Source: an uncultured bacterium | Lineage (GTDB): Bacteria > Verrucomicrobiota > Verrucomicrobiia > Limisphaerales > UBA8199 | DNA: 64,000 bases | NCBI GenBank assembly: GCA_963749495.1 | Contig: CAVVMW010000021.1 | Span: 448,001-512,000, forward strand | Direction of reading: 5' to 3' | In this document: positions 1 through 10,940 of the stretch, one piece after another | Layout: every line of letters begins with the position of its first letter | How positions within the stretch are numbered: the first letter of the stretch is position 1 | Notes under the pieces: model-generated | Told to the model about the DNA's origin: nothing | The model's database searches: none | The model's input: only the letters and a program-made list of their open reading frames with translations | Position numbers and translations under genes: made by a program

Positions 1-701
1 GTCACGACCGGGGAGGGCAAGACCTTGCCGTCGTCCCTTACCGCCCCGCTGAGCCATGTCGGGGCCGGCAGCACCACACTGCGGTCGACGCCCGCGCTCA
101 CCATCGGCGGAAAGTTCGGGGACTTGCCCGAGTCATACACACGCCATTCGAGCAGGCCGGTCGAGAAGGCGCCGTTGGAATCCAACTCCAGCCTCAGCCT
201 GGAAGTAGTGACCTCGGAGAAAGTTGCCCGGTTGAACCTGTCCTTTTCCAGCGCCGGCCCGTTTGCGCCCGGCGCGGGCACGAAGCCCTGGCCATCCCAG
301 TAAAGGACCCGGCAGGCCCTGGGCAGACGCACGCCCCGGTCGTCGTCGAACCAATACACCTCCATGCTTCGCGTCGAGATTGGCTGGGACCATTCGTACT
401 GCACCCATTGGGTTCCGCTTCTGGGCCAGTTGCCGTAAGCGCCGTGGCTCTTGTCGTTCGAGTTTTCCGGCGTGAACCCGTCGTTGAGGGCGGTGATCGT
501 CTCGTGTCCGGAGACAAACGAGGTGGAGGAGCGCGCAACCAGGGCAAGGTTAAGGCCGCCCGCGCCGGCTCGCTGGGAAGCCGAATCTCCGCCGGGGGCC
601 TCCCCTGCCCTGGCGCCGCCGGCGAGCAGCGCGCTCAGGGCAAGCACCAGGGTCCGAACAGCCGTTCCTCCGCAACTCGACGTAGCTAGTAGGTGTTTCA
701 T
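1..701 (-). CDS. Secreted protein, 5' part only (runs off the window). Discoidin/F5-8-like N-terminal domain, probably a glycoside hydrolase (GH127-like architecture)
   Basis: Manual translation from ATG at 701: MKHLLATSSC...LVLALSALLAGGARA signal-like segment, then NLALVARSSTSFVSGHETITALNDG...YGNWP...QWVQYEW...EVYWFDD...LLEWRVYD. The frame is open to base 1. It is absent from the ORF track because it has no stop in the window. Family is inferred. Confidence 0.6.
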   Translation of the reverse strand, partial: MKHLLATSSCGGTAVRTLVLALSALLAGGARAGEAPGGDSASQRAGAGGLNLALVARSSTSFVSGHETITALNDGFTPENSNDKSHGAYGNWPRSGTQWVQYEWSQPISTRSMEVYWFDDDRGVRLPRACRVLYWDGQGFVPAPGANGPALEKDRFNRATFSEVTTSRLRLELDSNGAFSTGLLEWRVYDSGKSPNFPPMVSAGVDRSVVLPAPTWLSGAVRDDGKVLPSPVV

Positions 702-800
702 AGTTTATCTTTGGCGATCTTCTAAGGGATGGCGGACGCCAATTCCAGAGTTTATTTCGGGTCCGATTAAGAGCGTCAGGCGTGCGCCTCGGCGGTTTTG

Positions 801-987
801 TCCCGGAGGGACATCCGACAATAGCCCGGCGTTTCAACGCCGGGACCGCCACGAAGGGGACCCTCGTCCTGAAGGGACGACTGAGAACACTCCTTGCTTT
901 CAACCGTCCCTTCGGGACGGACCTGTTCCTTGGGTCCGCTCACCCGGCGTTGAAACGCCGGGCTATTGTCGGAAGCCCCTTCGGGGC
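801..987. repeat. REP-like composite palindrome (ATAGCCCGGCGTTTCAACGCCGGG ... CCCGGCGTTGAAACGCCGGGCTAT)
   Basis: Nested inverted repeats, including CGTCCTGAAGGGACG / CGTCCCTTCGGGACG; intergenic. Confidence 0.8.
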
Positions 988-1072
988 AAGAAGGCGCTGT
1001 GGGCTGACGGACGCTTTTGATCGCACCCGTTTATTTCCCCCCTCCGCGTTCATCCCGGCGGACGGGCATGCA

Positions 1073-1396
1073 TCACCCCCCACCCGGCGCATCTCTCAAC
1101 TCGGCGACCAAGCCCGACGCCAGCAACTGTTCCAGCACCGAATAGACCGTAGCCCGGTAGCCGGCAAAGAAACACACCAGATGACGCTCGCCTGCCACTG
1201 ACCGCTGATCGTAAATCACCCGCATCCGGCCCACGCGCAAGCGCCAATAGGCGGCCAGCCGGCCTTCCAACTGTCTGAGGTCACCCTTGTCTCGGGCGAG
1301 CCCCTTTATTGCCTGCCAGAGCTTGCGGCGCGGCTCAGGGGCCAGCGATCCGAGAAAACCTTTGACCTGCTCGCCAACGATGACGCGGGTCTTCAT
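1073..1396 (-). CDS. RelE/ParE-family toxin
   Basis: 107 aa; ...LEGRLAAYWRLRVGRMRVIY...YRATVY motif; ATGA overlap with the upstream antitoxin. Confidence 0.8.
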   Translation of the reverse strand: MKTRVIVGEQVKGFLGSLAPEPRRKLWQAIKGLARDKGDLRQLEGRLAAYWRLRVGRMRVIYDQRSVAGERHLVCFFAGYRATVYSVLEQLLASGLVAELRDAPGGG

Positions 1397-1647
1397 GAGG
1401 ACATCGCCTTGTCCAACTCCGCCGCATCATGGAATCTCATCCGGCCAGACTCGTAGGCCTTCAGGGCCTTGGCAAATTGCGGGTTGCTCAGCAGCTCCAT
1501 CGTCTCGATCAGGGCCTCGATCCGGTCTCTGGACAGATAGACGCCAACGATTTTCCCGCGCCGGCTGATGGCAAAGCTGTCTTGATTGACAAGCTTGTTC
1601 AGCCGGGCCTGCGCTTCAGTCACATTCACTATGGAATCACGGTTCAT
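1393..1647 (-). CDS. Phd/YefM-family antitoxin
   Basis: 84 aa; VNVTEAQARLNKLV...ISRRGK...EALIETMELLSNP pattern. Confidence 0.85.
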   Translation of the reverse strand: MNRDSIVNVTEAQARLNKLVNQDSFAISRRGKIVGVYLSRDRIEALIETMELLSNPQFAKALKAYESGRMRFHDAAELDKAMSS

Positions 1648-1737
1648 TCACTATAGGTTAGAGGGCAGCGCGTGGCTTTTCAAGGCATTTCCTCCTGAGC
1701 AGTTGACTCTTGGCGTGCCAAACGGGTAAAAGCAGGG

Positions 1738-4449
1738 ATGCAGCGAAGGCTCCTTTGTTTTGGCCCGGCGCGCGCAGTCATCGGGGTTGCGCTGGTCGTG
1801 GTCCTGGCCGGGTGTGCGGGACATGGTCAGCAACCGTCGGCGCCCAAGGCGCTGGGCGGCGAGGCGGGGCATCCGGCCGCCAATCGTTACCTTGTGCCGA
1901 CCGGTCAAGTGCTCACCCCGGCCGGCCGCCAGGTTGACCTTCCGGGGATGCGGCCGCAGGCCCTGGCGCTCAGCCCCGACGGCAGGTTGCTCGCCACAGC
2001 CGGCCGGAAGAATGTGCTGGTGTTGATCGATCCCGCCACCGGCCAGGTCCTCCAGACAATTCCGTTGTCCATCCCCAAGAACGAGTCCGCCACACCTGCC
2101 TCCGCGCCCGCCCGCAGCGCCGCCACAAACAGCGCGGACCTCAGTTTCACCGGGCTTGTATTCTCCCCCGATGGGCGGTGCTTGTACCTCTCCAACGTCA
2201 ACGGCAATGTCTGGATGTTGGCAGTGGATGGGGCCCGCGTGGTTGGGCCACCCGCGGTCCTGCCGGTGCCAAATGCCAAGGCGCCCGGACAAAAGCGCGA
2301 GATCCCGGCCGGCCTGGCAGTCTCGGCCGACGGCAAACAGTTGTATGTGGCGGGCAACCTCGGCGGCCGGCTCTACGAACTGGATGCACTCACAAGCAGC
2401 CCGCTCCGCTCCTGGAACACCGGGGTCGCCCCTTACGACGTCGTCCTGACCCGTTCCAAGGCCTACGTGAGCAACCTGGGCGGGCGCTTCCCTCTCGAGG
2501 GCGAACTCACCGCCCCGGCGGGCAAGGGCACGACCGTCCTGGTGGACCCCGCCCGCTACATTCCCTTGGCCGGCTCGGTAACGGTGATCGACCTCGAGGC
2601 GGGCAAGGTCAGCTCCGACATCCCCACCGGCCTGCACACCTCGGCCCTGGCCCTTTGTCCCGGCGGCAGATACCTGGTGGCCGCCAATACCGGCGACGAC
2701 ACCCTCAGCGTGATCAACACCCATACCGACCGCGTCATCGAGAAGATCTGGGCGCGGCAGAGCCCCGCCGACCTCTTTGGCGCCCAACCCAATGCCCTGG
2801 CCTTTGCCCCCGACGCAAAACGGCTCTACGTCTGCAATGGCACCCAGAACGCCGTCGCCGTCGTTCGGTTCGAGCCGGAACGAAACGCGTCCGGGGTCAC
2901 GGGACTCATCCCGGTTGGCTGGTTCCCCGGCGCCATCCAGTTCGACGCCCGCCGCCAAATCCTTTGCGTGGCCAACATCAAAGGCATCGGGGCGGCAAAA
3001 ATCCTCAAGCCGGGCGAAAAGCCCAAGCTTAACGTCAAGGACTTCTTTGGCACGGTTTGCCTGGTCCCGGTGCCGGGCGATGGACCGCTGGCGGCCCAGA
3101 CCAAGACGGCCTTGGAGAATATGCGTTACCCGAAACTGGCGGAGGCGCTGCTCCCGCCGCGCCCAGACCAGCCGGCCAGGCCCGTGCCCGAACGGGCGGG
3201 CGAACCCAGCCTCTTCAAGCACGTCATCTACGTCATCAAAGAAAACCGCAGTTATGACCAGGTCCTGGGCGACATGCCGGAGGGCGATGGCGACGCCGCT
3301 CTGTGTACCTTCGGCGAGCAGCACACGCCCAACCAGCACCAGATCGCCCGCCAGTTTGTTCTGCTGGACAGTACCTTCTGCTCCGGCGTGCAAAGCGCCG
3401 ACGGACACCAGTGGACCGACAGCGCCCTCGCCAACGAGTACGTCGAGCGCCAGCTCACCGCCAACTGGCCGCGCAGCTACCCGGGGGCCAAGACCCAAGA
3501 CGGCGTGGATGCCCTGGCCTGGGCCTCCTCGGGCTTCATCTGGGACAACGCGCTGGCCCATGGCAAGACCTTCCGCAATTACGGCGAGTGGATGCTCTCC
3601 CAGGCCGGCTGGAAAGACCCCAAGCGCAAGGACAAAATCGCGTGGCGGGACTTTTGGAACGATTCCCAGGCAGGCGCCGGCGCCACGCAACTCCGGAGTT
3701 GGGCCGCCCTCCCATCGTTGCGGGGCCACTGCGATACCAACACCGTCGGTTGGGACCTCAAGGTGCCCGACGTGATGCGCGCGGCCGAGTTCATCCGTGA
3801 ACTCCGGCAATTCGAGACCAACGGCGAGATGCCGGACTTGATCCTCCTTTTTCTGCCTAACGACCACACTGGCGGCGCCCGCTCCGACTACCCCACGCCC
3901 GGAGCGCAAATCGCCGACAACGACCTGGCCTTGGGGCGCGTGGTCGAGGCCCTGACCCACAGCCGCTTCTGGCCAGAGACGTGCCTCTTCGCCATCGAAG
4001 ACGACCCGCAGTCCGGGTGGGACCACGTCAGCGGTTACCGCACCACCTGCTACGTCGTCAGCCCCTACACCAAACGCCACCAAACCGTGAGCACCCGTTA
4101 CAACCAGTGCAGCCTCGTGCGCACCGTCGAGTTGATCCTGGGCCTGCCCCCGATGAACCAACTGGACGCCGCCTCCGAACCCATGACCGATTGCTTCACC
4201 CCCAGCGCCGACCTCACCCCTTTCACCAGCCTGCCAAACCGCGTCCCCCTGGACCGCATCAACCCCAAGCCCAAGCAGATAGCCGACCGCGTGATGCGCC
4301 GGGACGCCCTGGCCTCCAACCGCCTCCCGCTAGACCAGCCGGACCGCTGCCCCGAGGACCTCCTCAACCGCATCCTCTGGCACGCTATGAAAGGCCCGGC
4401 GGTGCCCTACCCCCAATGGGCCGTCAAGGCGGTGGGAGATGCGGACTGA
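1738..4449 (+). CDS. Lipoprotein: YncE-like beta-propeller plus phosphoesterase/alkaline-phosphatase-like domain
   Basis: Lipobox LAGC; propeller repeats (LSPDGR, LYVAGN, YVSNLGG); C-terminal KHVIYVIKENRSYDQVLGD, SADGHQW, LPNDHT, DNDLALGR, EDDPQSGWDHV motifs. Confidence 0.85.
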   Translation: MQRRLLCFGPARAVIGVALVVVLAGCAGHGQQPSAPKALGGEAGHPAANRYLVPTGQVLTPAGRQVDLPGMRPQALALSPDGRLLATAGRKNVLVLIDPATGQVLQTIPLSIPKNESATPASAPARSAATNSADLSFTGLVFSPDGRCLYLSNVNGNVWMLAVDGARVVGPPAVLPVPNAKAPGQKREIPAGLAVSADGKQLYVAGNLGGRLYELDALTSSPLRSWNTGVAPYDVVLTRSKAYVSNLGGRFPLEGELTAPAGKGTTVLVDPARYIPLAGSVTVIDLEAGKVSSDIPTGLHTSALALCPGGRYLVAANTGDDTLSVINTHTDRVIEKIWARQSPADLFGAQPNALAFAPDAKRLYVCNGTQNAVAVVRFEPERNASGVTGLIPVGWFPGAIQFDARRQILCVANIKGIGAAKILKPGEKPKLNVKDFFGTVCLVPVPGDGPLAAQTKTALENMRYPKLAEALLPPRPDQPARPVPERAGEPSLFKHVIYVIKENRSYDQVLGDMPEGDGDAALCTFGEQHTPNQHQIARQFVLLDSTFCSGVQSADGHQWTDSALANEYVERQLTANWPRSYPGAKTQDGVDALAWASSGFIWDNALAHGKTFRNYGEWMLSQAGWKDPKRKDKIAWRDFWNDSQAGAGATQLRSWAALPSLRGHCDTNTVGWDLKVPDVMRAAEFIRELRQFETNGEMPDLILLFLPNDHTGGARSDYPTPGAQIADNDLALGRVVEALTHSRFWPETCLFAIEDDPQSGWDHVSGYRTTCYVVSPYTKRHQTVSTRYNQCSLVRTVELILGLPPMNQLDAASEPMTDCFTPSADLTPFTSLPNRVPLDRINPKPKQIADRVMRRDALASNRLPLDQPDRCPEDLLNRILWHAMKGPAVPYPQWAVKAVGDAD

Positions 4450-4496
4450 ATCGCTCCACAGGGAGCTGCGACGATGTCGAAATCGTGCGAGGCGAT

Positions 4497-4633
4497 CATG
4501 AATCGGAGCGTCCTCGCCCGGCGCGGAGCGTTTTGGACTGCGGCAGTCCTCTGCCGCTTTCGCGTCCGCAGCGTCCAAAAAGCGGCAGAGGACTGCCGCA
4601 GTCCAAAACCTTCGGGCTTCCGGTCGGTTCATG
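4497..4633. repeat. REP/MITE-like family A copy 1
   Basis: TTTTGGACTGCGGCAGTCCTCTGCCGCTTT ... AAAGCGGCAGAGGACTGCCGCAGTCCAAAA, with CATGAA / TTCATG ends. Confidence 0.85.
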
Positions 4634-4648
4634 GAGAGACCGTGGTGC

Positions 4649-7600
4649 TCACGGTGCGCGGGCGCGATAGTAGCGGGCCTGGGAAATGTTCGTGACGGTG
4701 TCAACGAACTCGAACCAGGCGTTCGTGCCGGTGCTTGAGGCATAGACCTGGCTCCATTGGACGAGATCCGTGGACGCCTCGATGTTGTACGTCCTCCCCG
4801 GAAGGCCCGCGACCCGGATCACCACCGAGTTGTTTGGAAGAAGGGTGATGGCGAGGGTGGGGCCTGTGGCCCCTGCTGTGACGGTGACAATGACCGTCCC
4901 CTGGGCGGAGGCGCTGCGGGAATCGCTCACCGTGTAGCTGAAGGAGTCCGTCCCAGTGAAGCCTGCCGGCGGGGTGTAGGTGATGGTCGAGTCACGCAGT
5001 TGGACGGAGCCGCCCTGGGAACTTGCGGCGGCGACTCCGCTAATAGTCAAGAAGTCGCCTTGCGAAGCCGTGCAGGCTTGGAGCAGCTTGAGAACCGACG
5101 AGGAATTAGGCTGGTTCGGCAGGGCCTGCATCGCATAGGCGCCAGCCGTGAAGCTGGGTGGTGCGGGCGGCACGCCCTTGACAATACGAAAGTTGAGCCG
5201 ATCCGCTACATATACAGTGCCTTGGTCGTTGATGGCCAAACCGGCAGGTTGGTTGAATCGCACGACGCTGCTGGGGCCGTCTGCGCTGCCCGTTTGACCC
5301 GGGCTGCCGGCCAGCGTCGTGACCAGTCCGGCCGGCGTGATCCTGCTAATTGTGTTATTCGCATTCGCCACATACACGTTGCCCGCGATGTCCACGGCGA
5401 CTCCATCGAATCGCAGCACGCCGCCGCCAACATTGTGGGCCAGGGTAGTGACCACGCCGTCAGGTGTAATCTTTCGAATCATGTAGTTTTGACTGTCCAC
5501 TACGAGCACATTGCCCGCGCGATCCACGGCGACGCCGCTGGGACCGGAGAACCGCGCGGCGCTGCCCGTGCCGTCCGCGCTGCCTTGCGCACCCGGGCTT
5601 CCAGCCAGAGTGCTGACCACACCGGCGGGCGTGACTTTGCGGATGGTGTTATTCAGGTAATCCGCCACATACACATTGGTCGCGCCGTCCAGCGCCAGGC
5701 CATAGGGTGAAAGACTGCCCGCCAGCGTGGTGACCTCTCCAGATGGGGTAATCGTGCGAATCGTGGAATTGTCACGGTCGGCCACATAGAGGTTGCCAGC
5801 AGCGTCCACTGCAACCCCCTGCGGGTTGCAGAACTGCGCTGCACTGCCCGTGCCATCCACGCTCCCGCACCTTCCTGGGTTGCCAGCCAACGTACGAACC
5901 AAATGAGCGGGCGTGACGATGCGGATTGTATCGCCTAGCAATGCGAGGGCACCCTCAGAGTCGGCAACGTACAGGTTGCCCGCGGCGTCCAACGCCACGC
6001 CCGAGGGCAGGGAAAACAGGGCAGTAACCGCAGGGCCGTCTGTGTTGCCCTGCAAACCCGGGGTTCCAGCCAACGTCGCCCACATGTGGTCGTAATACAC
6101 CCCCAAGTCCACATGCTCAGTGATTGCTCCGTAAGGGTTCGTTACCAGGACGCTATAGTCATAGGTTCCCCACGCGGCCGGTGTCGTAAAAGTGAAAATG
6201 CTGTTGGTAGCGCCGGCAATCAGGATTTCCCCACGCTGCCACTGGTAGGACAAGGGAGCCACGCCCGTGGCCACCACACCGAGTGTTACCGAATCCCCGG
6301 GATCGACTCGGAGGGAGGGCGGCGGCGGCACCAGGATGGCTAACCCCGAGGCATCGAAGCTCAACTGCGCGCCCGCGCTGGTGGCTGCAGCCGGCAAAGC
6401 TCGAGACCTCCACCGTGTAGCTGCCTTGTGTGCCAGCCTGGGCGTTGGTAATCACCAGCGTGGCATTGGTGGCTCCGGGGATGAGTTGGTCGTTGTGCCA
6501 CCATCGGTAAGCCAGATCGGGGCCTTGGGCGGCAACCGTAAAGCTGGCCTGGCCGCCGACTGCCACCCCCACATTGGTCGGCAGGGAAGTGATCAGCGGC
6601 ACCGAATCCATGACCAGGAAGGCCGTCTGGCTGTTTGTCTGGATGCCTGCGGCCGTGATGTCGACCCAGTAGCCGCCAGCCGAGGCGGCCTGGATGTTGG
6701 TCAGGACGAGGGACGACGCGGTCGCGCCGGCGATGGCGGCGCCGTCCTTGAACCATTGAAAAGCCAGCGAGAAATCGGCGGTGGCGACCACCGTGAGCGT
6801 CACATTTGTGCCCAACGCGACCGTTCCGCCTTGGGGCTGAGATAGAATGACTGGCCCGGGTCCGGGTGCAAGCGTCTCAAACGCGCCAATATCCGCCAGC
6901 GGTCCCTGTGGGCGGGAGATGCCGCGTTGATCGACTGGCGGGAACCCAGAGGGGATTGCCTCGAGAGCGGGGCTGGCGGGGGACAGGGCCATAGTGAAGG
7001 TCGGACCGCCGTGGTCAGCCAGGGGACCGAGCATTGGGTCGGTCTGGTTGAGGCTGGAGCCGGCGGAAAAGCCGGCGGTGCCATCCGAGCAAATATTGTG
7101 GCCCCCGTCGATCACGGCGCCCCAGAGATCCCCGCCGCTTGTGCTGTTGGCGATGATCGAACTGCGGACAATGACCGTGCCATGGGTGTTGTAGAGGCCA
7201 CCGCCTTGGCAAGCTACCGCCGGGCTACTTGGCGACCCTCCGTCGGCACGATTGCCGGCGATGGTCACGTTCACAAGGACCGCCTGGCCGCCTGCCACGC
7301 ACAGGGCGCCCCCAGAGCCGGGGCCACCGGGGCCATCCCCATACTCATAGGTCACTGGCCCGTCCCCTCCGGCCACGTAATTCGCTGCCCAGGTGGAATT
7401 GGTAGCCGCCAGGGCCCCTGAACTCCAAATCGCGCCGCCTTGACCCGGAACCGCCGGAGGCAGGATGTACTCGGCGGCGTAGGTGTTTCCCGCCTTCACT
7501 TTGTTGTTATCGAAAGTAGAGCCGTTGATCACCAGCGCGTTAGTCGAGCAAAGAGCTCCTCCGCGGGCCACCCCCGCCGGGTTCCCGCCACCGGCCACGC

Positions 7601-8663
7601 AACTGTTGCTCGAAAACGTCGAACCCCAAACATCGAGCGCTCCCGCGCTGAAGACCGCGCCGCCAGAGGCATCGCCCCCGGCGAAATAGTGATACTGGCT
7701 GATGACGCCGGTGGTGGCATTGCGGATAAACCGACACAGCCGAACCACCCCTGAGGAGCCTCGGTCCAGAAACAGCGCCCCGCCCAATCCGGCACTGCAG
7801 CCGCCATTGGCGCTGTTGCCATCGAGCACTGAACCGGAGAGCACCAACTCCGAGTTGGTCACATAGATGGCTCCGCCGAACCCCTCGCCGGCGACGCCAC
7901 CGACGTTCATCCACCCAGCGGCCGTGACCTGCGGTGCGCCGGCGGCACTGTTTGACGTAAAGCTGACCCCTTGCAAGTACACTTGCCCATTGGCAGAGTA
8001 AATGGCTGCGCCCAAACCCCGCCCCCCTGGGGCGAGCCCCACGCTGTCGGGCGAACCCGCGCCGCCCAGGGCCATGTTCCCGGCCAAAAGGCAATTAGTC
8101 AGCCCCATCGTGCCGCCCAGGTTGCACAGCGCGGCGCCGAAGCCATTGCCCCCCGCCAACGAGGGGCTGTCGAAGGCCGGTCCACTTCCCGCGCTACCCC
8201 CTTGACTGGAATGGTCCGTGAGCGCGCAGTCGGTGAGCGCCACGGTTGCGCCCAGGTTCAAAATGCCCGCGCCAAAAGCGTCCTGGCCCGGGCCGGGCGC
8301 ACCGCCACTGGCTCCGTTGGTGCCGACATAGCGTCCGTTGGCCAGGCTCAGCCTATTTAGAGAAAAGGCGACATTCGAGTTGACCTGGAACAACCGCACC
8401 GCGTTGCCGCCGCTGAGGGTCACGGCGAAGCCATTCGCATCCACAGAGGTGTCCTGGGCGATGACGATTGTGTTCGTAAGGGTGATGGTGCCCCCGCAGG
8501 CGAAGGTCACGGCGCCGCCGCCATTGAGGGCGGCCTGGAGATCGGCCTGGGTGCAATTAGTTACCGTGCCGGCCCCCCAGGCCATGCGACCCAAGGCCAG
8601 GACAGCCACCAGGATGCGAACCGACGAACGAGTGAGAAGCAGACTCCGACGACAGTGTTTCAT
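4649..8663 (-). CDS. Large secreted protein: Gly-rich beta-helix/choice-of-anchor-Q-like region, Ig domains, NHL repeats, Ig-like bacterial domain and C-terminal domain; one frameshift near 6390
   Basis: ORFs 6159..8663 and 4649..6397 join in mid Ig domain (YTVEVSSFAG | AAATSAGAQL). Signal peptide; LGPLADHGGPTFTMAL...DQRG...DIGAFE; NHL repeats GVAVDAAGNLYVAD; ends RYYRARAP. Confidence 0.8.
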
Positions 8664-8802
8664 AGCGGCGCTTTCTTCGGCTGTTGACCAGGGAGATTGG
8701 TCACCTCGCGAGTGCGGAAATTAACTCAAGACCGAGTAATGATGTCAAGAAAAAGCTTCCCTCATCGGTAGGGCCGCAGTGGAGACGGAAGACGACGGAA
8801 GA

Positions 8803-8914
8803 CGCGAAGCGTTTTGGACTGCGCCAGTCCTCTGGCGCTTTTGTGTTCCCAGGGTCCATAAAGCGGCAGAGGACTGCCGCAGTCCAAAACCTTCGGGTTT
8901 GGGGTCGGTTCATG
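8803..8914. repeat. REP/MITE-like family A copy 2
   Basis: GTTTTGGACTGCGCCAGTCCTCTGGCGCTTT ... AAAGCGGCAGAGGACTGCCGCAGTCCAAAAC ... GGTTCATG. Confidence 0.85.
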
Positions 8915-8964
8915 GAGGGGGGCTGCCCGCCGTGGAGCCCCCGCCTTCAATGAGGCCTTGCCCC

Positions 8965-9870
8965 TCACCCCCCTGCTTTGGCAGACAGGCCAGCGGCGCG
9001 GAAGATGTCCAGGAATTTCGCCATGGTCTCGGGGGAAGGGGGTTCGAGGCCATCGAGGGGGCTGCGTTTGCCCAGGCGCCGGAACTTGGGCACGCCGGTC
9101 AGATGGAACGGCAGCAGATTGGCTTGGCGCACGCCCGGGATACCAGCGGCAAAACGGGCCATGGCTTGCAGTCCATCCTCGTCGTCATTGATGCCGGGGA
9201 TAATGGGGACACGCACCCAGATTTGGCCATGGACGCGGCCGAGGGCTTTGAGGTTTTCGAGGATGGGCCCGTTGGGCGCGCCGGTGTATTGCTGGTGCTT
9301 GGCCGGGTCGGCGCATTTCAGGTCGTAGAGGAAGAGGTCGGTGAGCGGGGCAACGGCCAGGAAGTGGTCGAGCGGCGCCAGGCCGCAAGTGTCAATGGCG
9401 GTGTGGAGACCGCGGGCGCGGCAGGCGGCGAGGGCGGCGCGCAGGAAGTCGAACTGCAGGAGCGGTTCGCCGCCGGAGAAGGTCACCCCGCCCCCGGATT
9501 CCTCATAAAAGAGGCGGTCCTGACAGACCGCCTGGATGAGTTGCGCGACGCTCATCTCCTGGCCGACAATGCGGCGGGCCTCAGTGGGGCAGGCATCGGC
9601 GCAGGCGCCGCAGAGGGTGCAGTCCTGCTGGCGGACCGGCAGGGGGCCTTGGCCGGGCGCGGTGCTGCCGGCGGGGCACGCCAGCCGGCATTGCCCGCAG
9701 CCGACGCAATGGTTTTCCACGACCATCACCTCACGGCGGGGCGAAATCCCTTCCGGGTTGTGGCACCACGCGCAATCCAGGGGACAGCCCTTGAGGAAGA
9801 CGGTCGTGCGAATCCCCGGCCCGTCCTGGAGCGAGTACTTCTGGATGTGGAAGACTAAACCGTTCTGCAT
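8965..9870 (-). CDS. Glycyl-radical enzyme activating protein (radical SAM, PflA/PflC-like with ferredoxin insert)
   Basis: DGPGIRTTVFLKGCPLDCAWCHNPE; two CxxCxxCxxxCP motifs; GGVTFSGGEP; RVPIIPG; LLPFH. Confidence 0.92.
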   Translation of the reverse strand: MQNGLVFHIQKYSLQDGPGIRTTVFLKGCPLDCAWCHNPEGISPRREVMVVENHCVGCGQCRLACPAGSTAPGQGPLPVRQQDCTLCGACADACPTEARRIVGQEMSVAQLIQAVCQDRLFYEESGGGVTFSGGEPLLQFDFLRAALAACRARGLHTAIDTCGLAPLDHFLAVAPLTDLFLYDLKCADPAKHQQYTGAPNGPILENLKALGRVHGQIWVRVPIIPGINDDEDGLQAMARFAAGIPGVRQANLLPFHLTGVPKFRRLGKRSPLDGLEPPSPETMAKFLDIFRAAGLSAKAGG

Positions 9871-10088
9871 GTTGGGCGCGCGCGTCTGCCGCCAAGTGTA
9901 TCACACACGCCGGGCGGTTGAACGATAAATCGAGGCGCCGAGGGCCGAGTGTCGAGTGTCGAGTGTCCGGAGAGCGATGCGCTCCCCTCGTTCTCCGTCC
10001 CTCGACGCTCGGTTTTCGTCATTCGTCATTCCCCAACCCCAATCTAAGCCCTCCACTCCATGTCCCAGCAATTCTTCATTTTGGGGCC

Positions 10089-10144
10089 CTGCCGCATAAA
10101 TGCGGCGTTCCGGCCGGGTTCGGAACGCCGCATTTATGCGGCAG
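10089..10144. repeat. Near-perfect intergenic palindrome (REP-like), preceded by heptamer repeats GAGTGTC x3 near 9947-9967
   Basis: CTGCCGCATAAATGCGGCGTTCC ... GGAACGCCGCATTTATGCGGCAG. Confidence 0.75.
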
Positions 10145-10243
10145 CGAGGCGCCGAAGCCAGAATGGCCGGGCTCCGAAGCCCAAAATGAGAATTGAGGTC
10201 CATGTCCCCTTCCGTCTTGACGGTTTTACGGTAATATGGGAAA

Positions 10244-10525
10244 GTGGCTCATATTAAAACGACAGTCGAAATCCCAGATGACCTCTTTCGAGAGGCGAAG
10301 TCCCAAGCGGCACTGAGGCGAACGAAGCTGAAGGAGCTCGTCGCGGAGGGACTGCGATTGGTCCTGAGCGGGAACGTCGGGCAAGGCGCACCGAGGCGCG
10401 TGGAGTTTCCCATTATCAAGGCCAAGCCCGGCGCACCCATCCTCACCAAAAAGATGGTGGACGAGGTGGAGCTGCAGATGCTGAGGGAGGAGGCAGAGCA
10501 CCATGCCAAGCTTGTGCGACGTTAG
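10244..10525 (+). CDS. VapB-like RHH antitoxin
   Basis: KTTVEIPDDLFREAKSQAA...KELVAEGLR; overlaps the PIN toxin; exact start uncertain. Confidence 0.8.
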   Translation: MAHIKTTVEIPDDLFREAKSQAALRRTKLKELVAEGLRLVLSGNVGQGAPRRVEFPIIKAKPGAPILTKKMVDEVELQMLREEAEHHAKLVRR

Positions 10526-10937
10526 CTTTCTGCTTCCCCTGTGTTACGCGCAGCACGAGCACCATCTGGTGGCCAAGAGTGATCTGGAGACTGTGTCGAG
10601 CAAGGGAGAACTGGCAGTCTGCCGCAACAGCCAATTGGGTTTGCTCCGGCTGCTGTCCAACCGGGTGGTCATGCAATCGAGCGTGTGCACCACGGACCAA
10701 GCATGGAGCGTGTACGACACCCTGATGTCGGACGATCGGTTTTGTTTTCAGGGGGAGCCAACCGGGGTGGAAACCAAGCTCCGGGAACTGACGCGGGGAT
10801 TGCCGTTTTCTCCAAAACTCTGGCAGGATGCTTACCTGGCGGCGTTTGCGGTCAGAGCGGGAATGCGGTTGGTCACGTTCGACGCCGGGTTCCGGCGGTT
10901 CAAAGGCTTGGAGTGCTCGATCCTCATGCCGAAATGA
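10503..10937 (+). CDS. VapC-family PIN-domain toxin
   Basis: LCDVSFLL...GLLRLLSN...WQDAYLAAFA...LVTFDAGF acidic PIN motif. Confidence 0.9.
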   Translation: MPSLCDVSFLLPLCYAQHEHHLVAKSDLETVSSKGELAVCRNSQLGLLRLLSNRVVMQSSVCTTDQAWSVYDTLMSDDRFCFQGEPTGVETKLRELTRGLPFSPKLWQDAYLAAFAVRAGMRLVTFDAGFRRFKGLECSILMPK

Positions 10938-10940
10938 CTC

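Noticed and set aside
1651..4161. Long antisense ORFs (also 12098..14029, 37548..39215, 39678..41033 and many more)
   Set aside because: They are shadows of GC-rich coding genes on the opposite strand and carry no recognisable motifs
4474..4695. Small ORFs containing FWTAAVLCRF / VLDCGSPLPL at several loci
   Set aside because: These are translations of the family A palindrome, not a protein family
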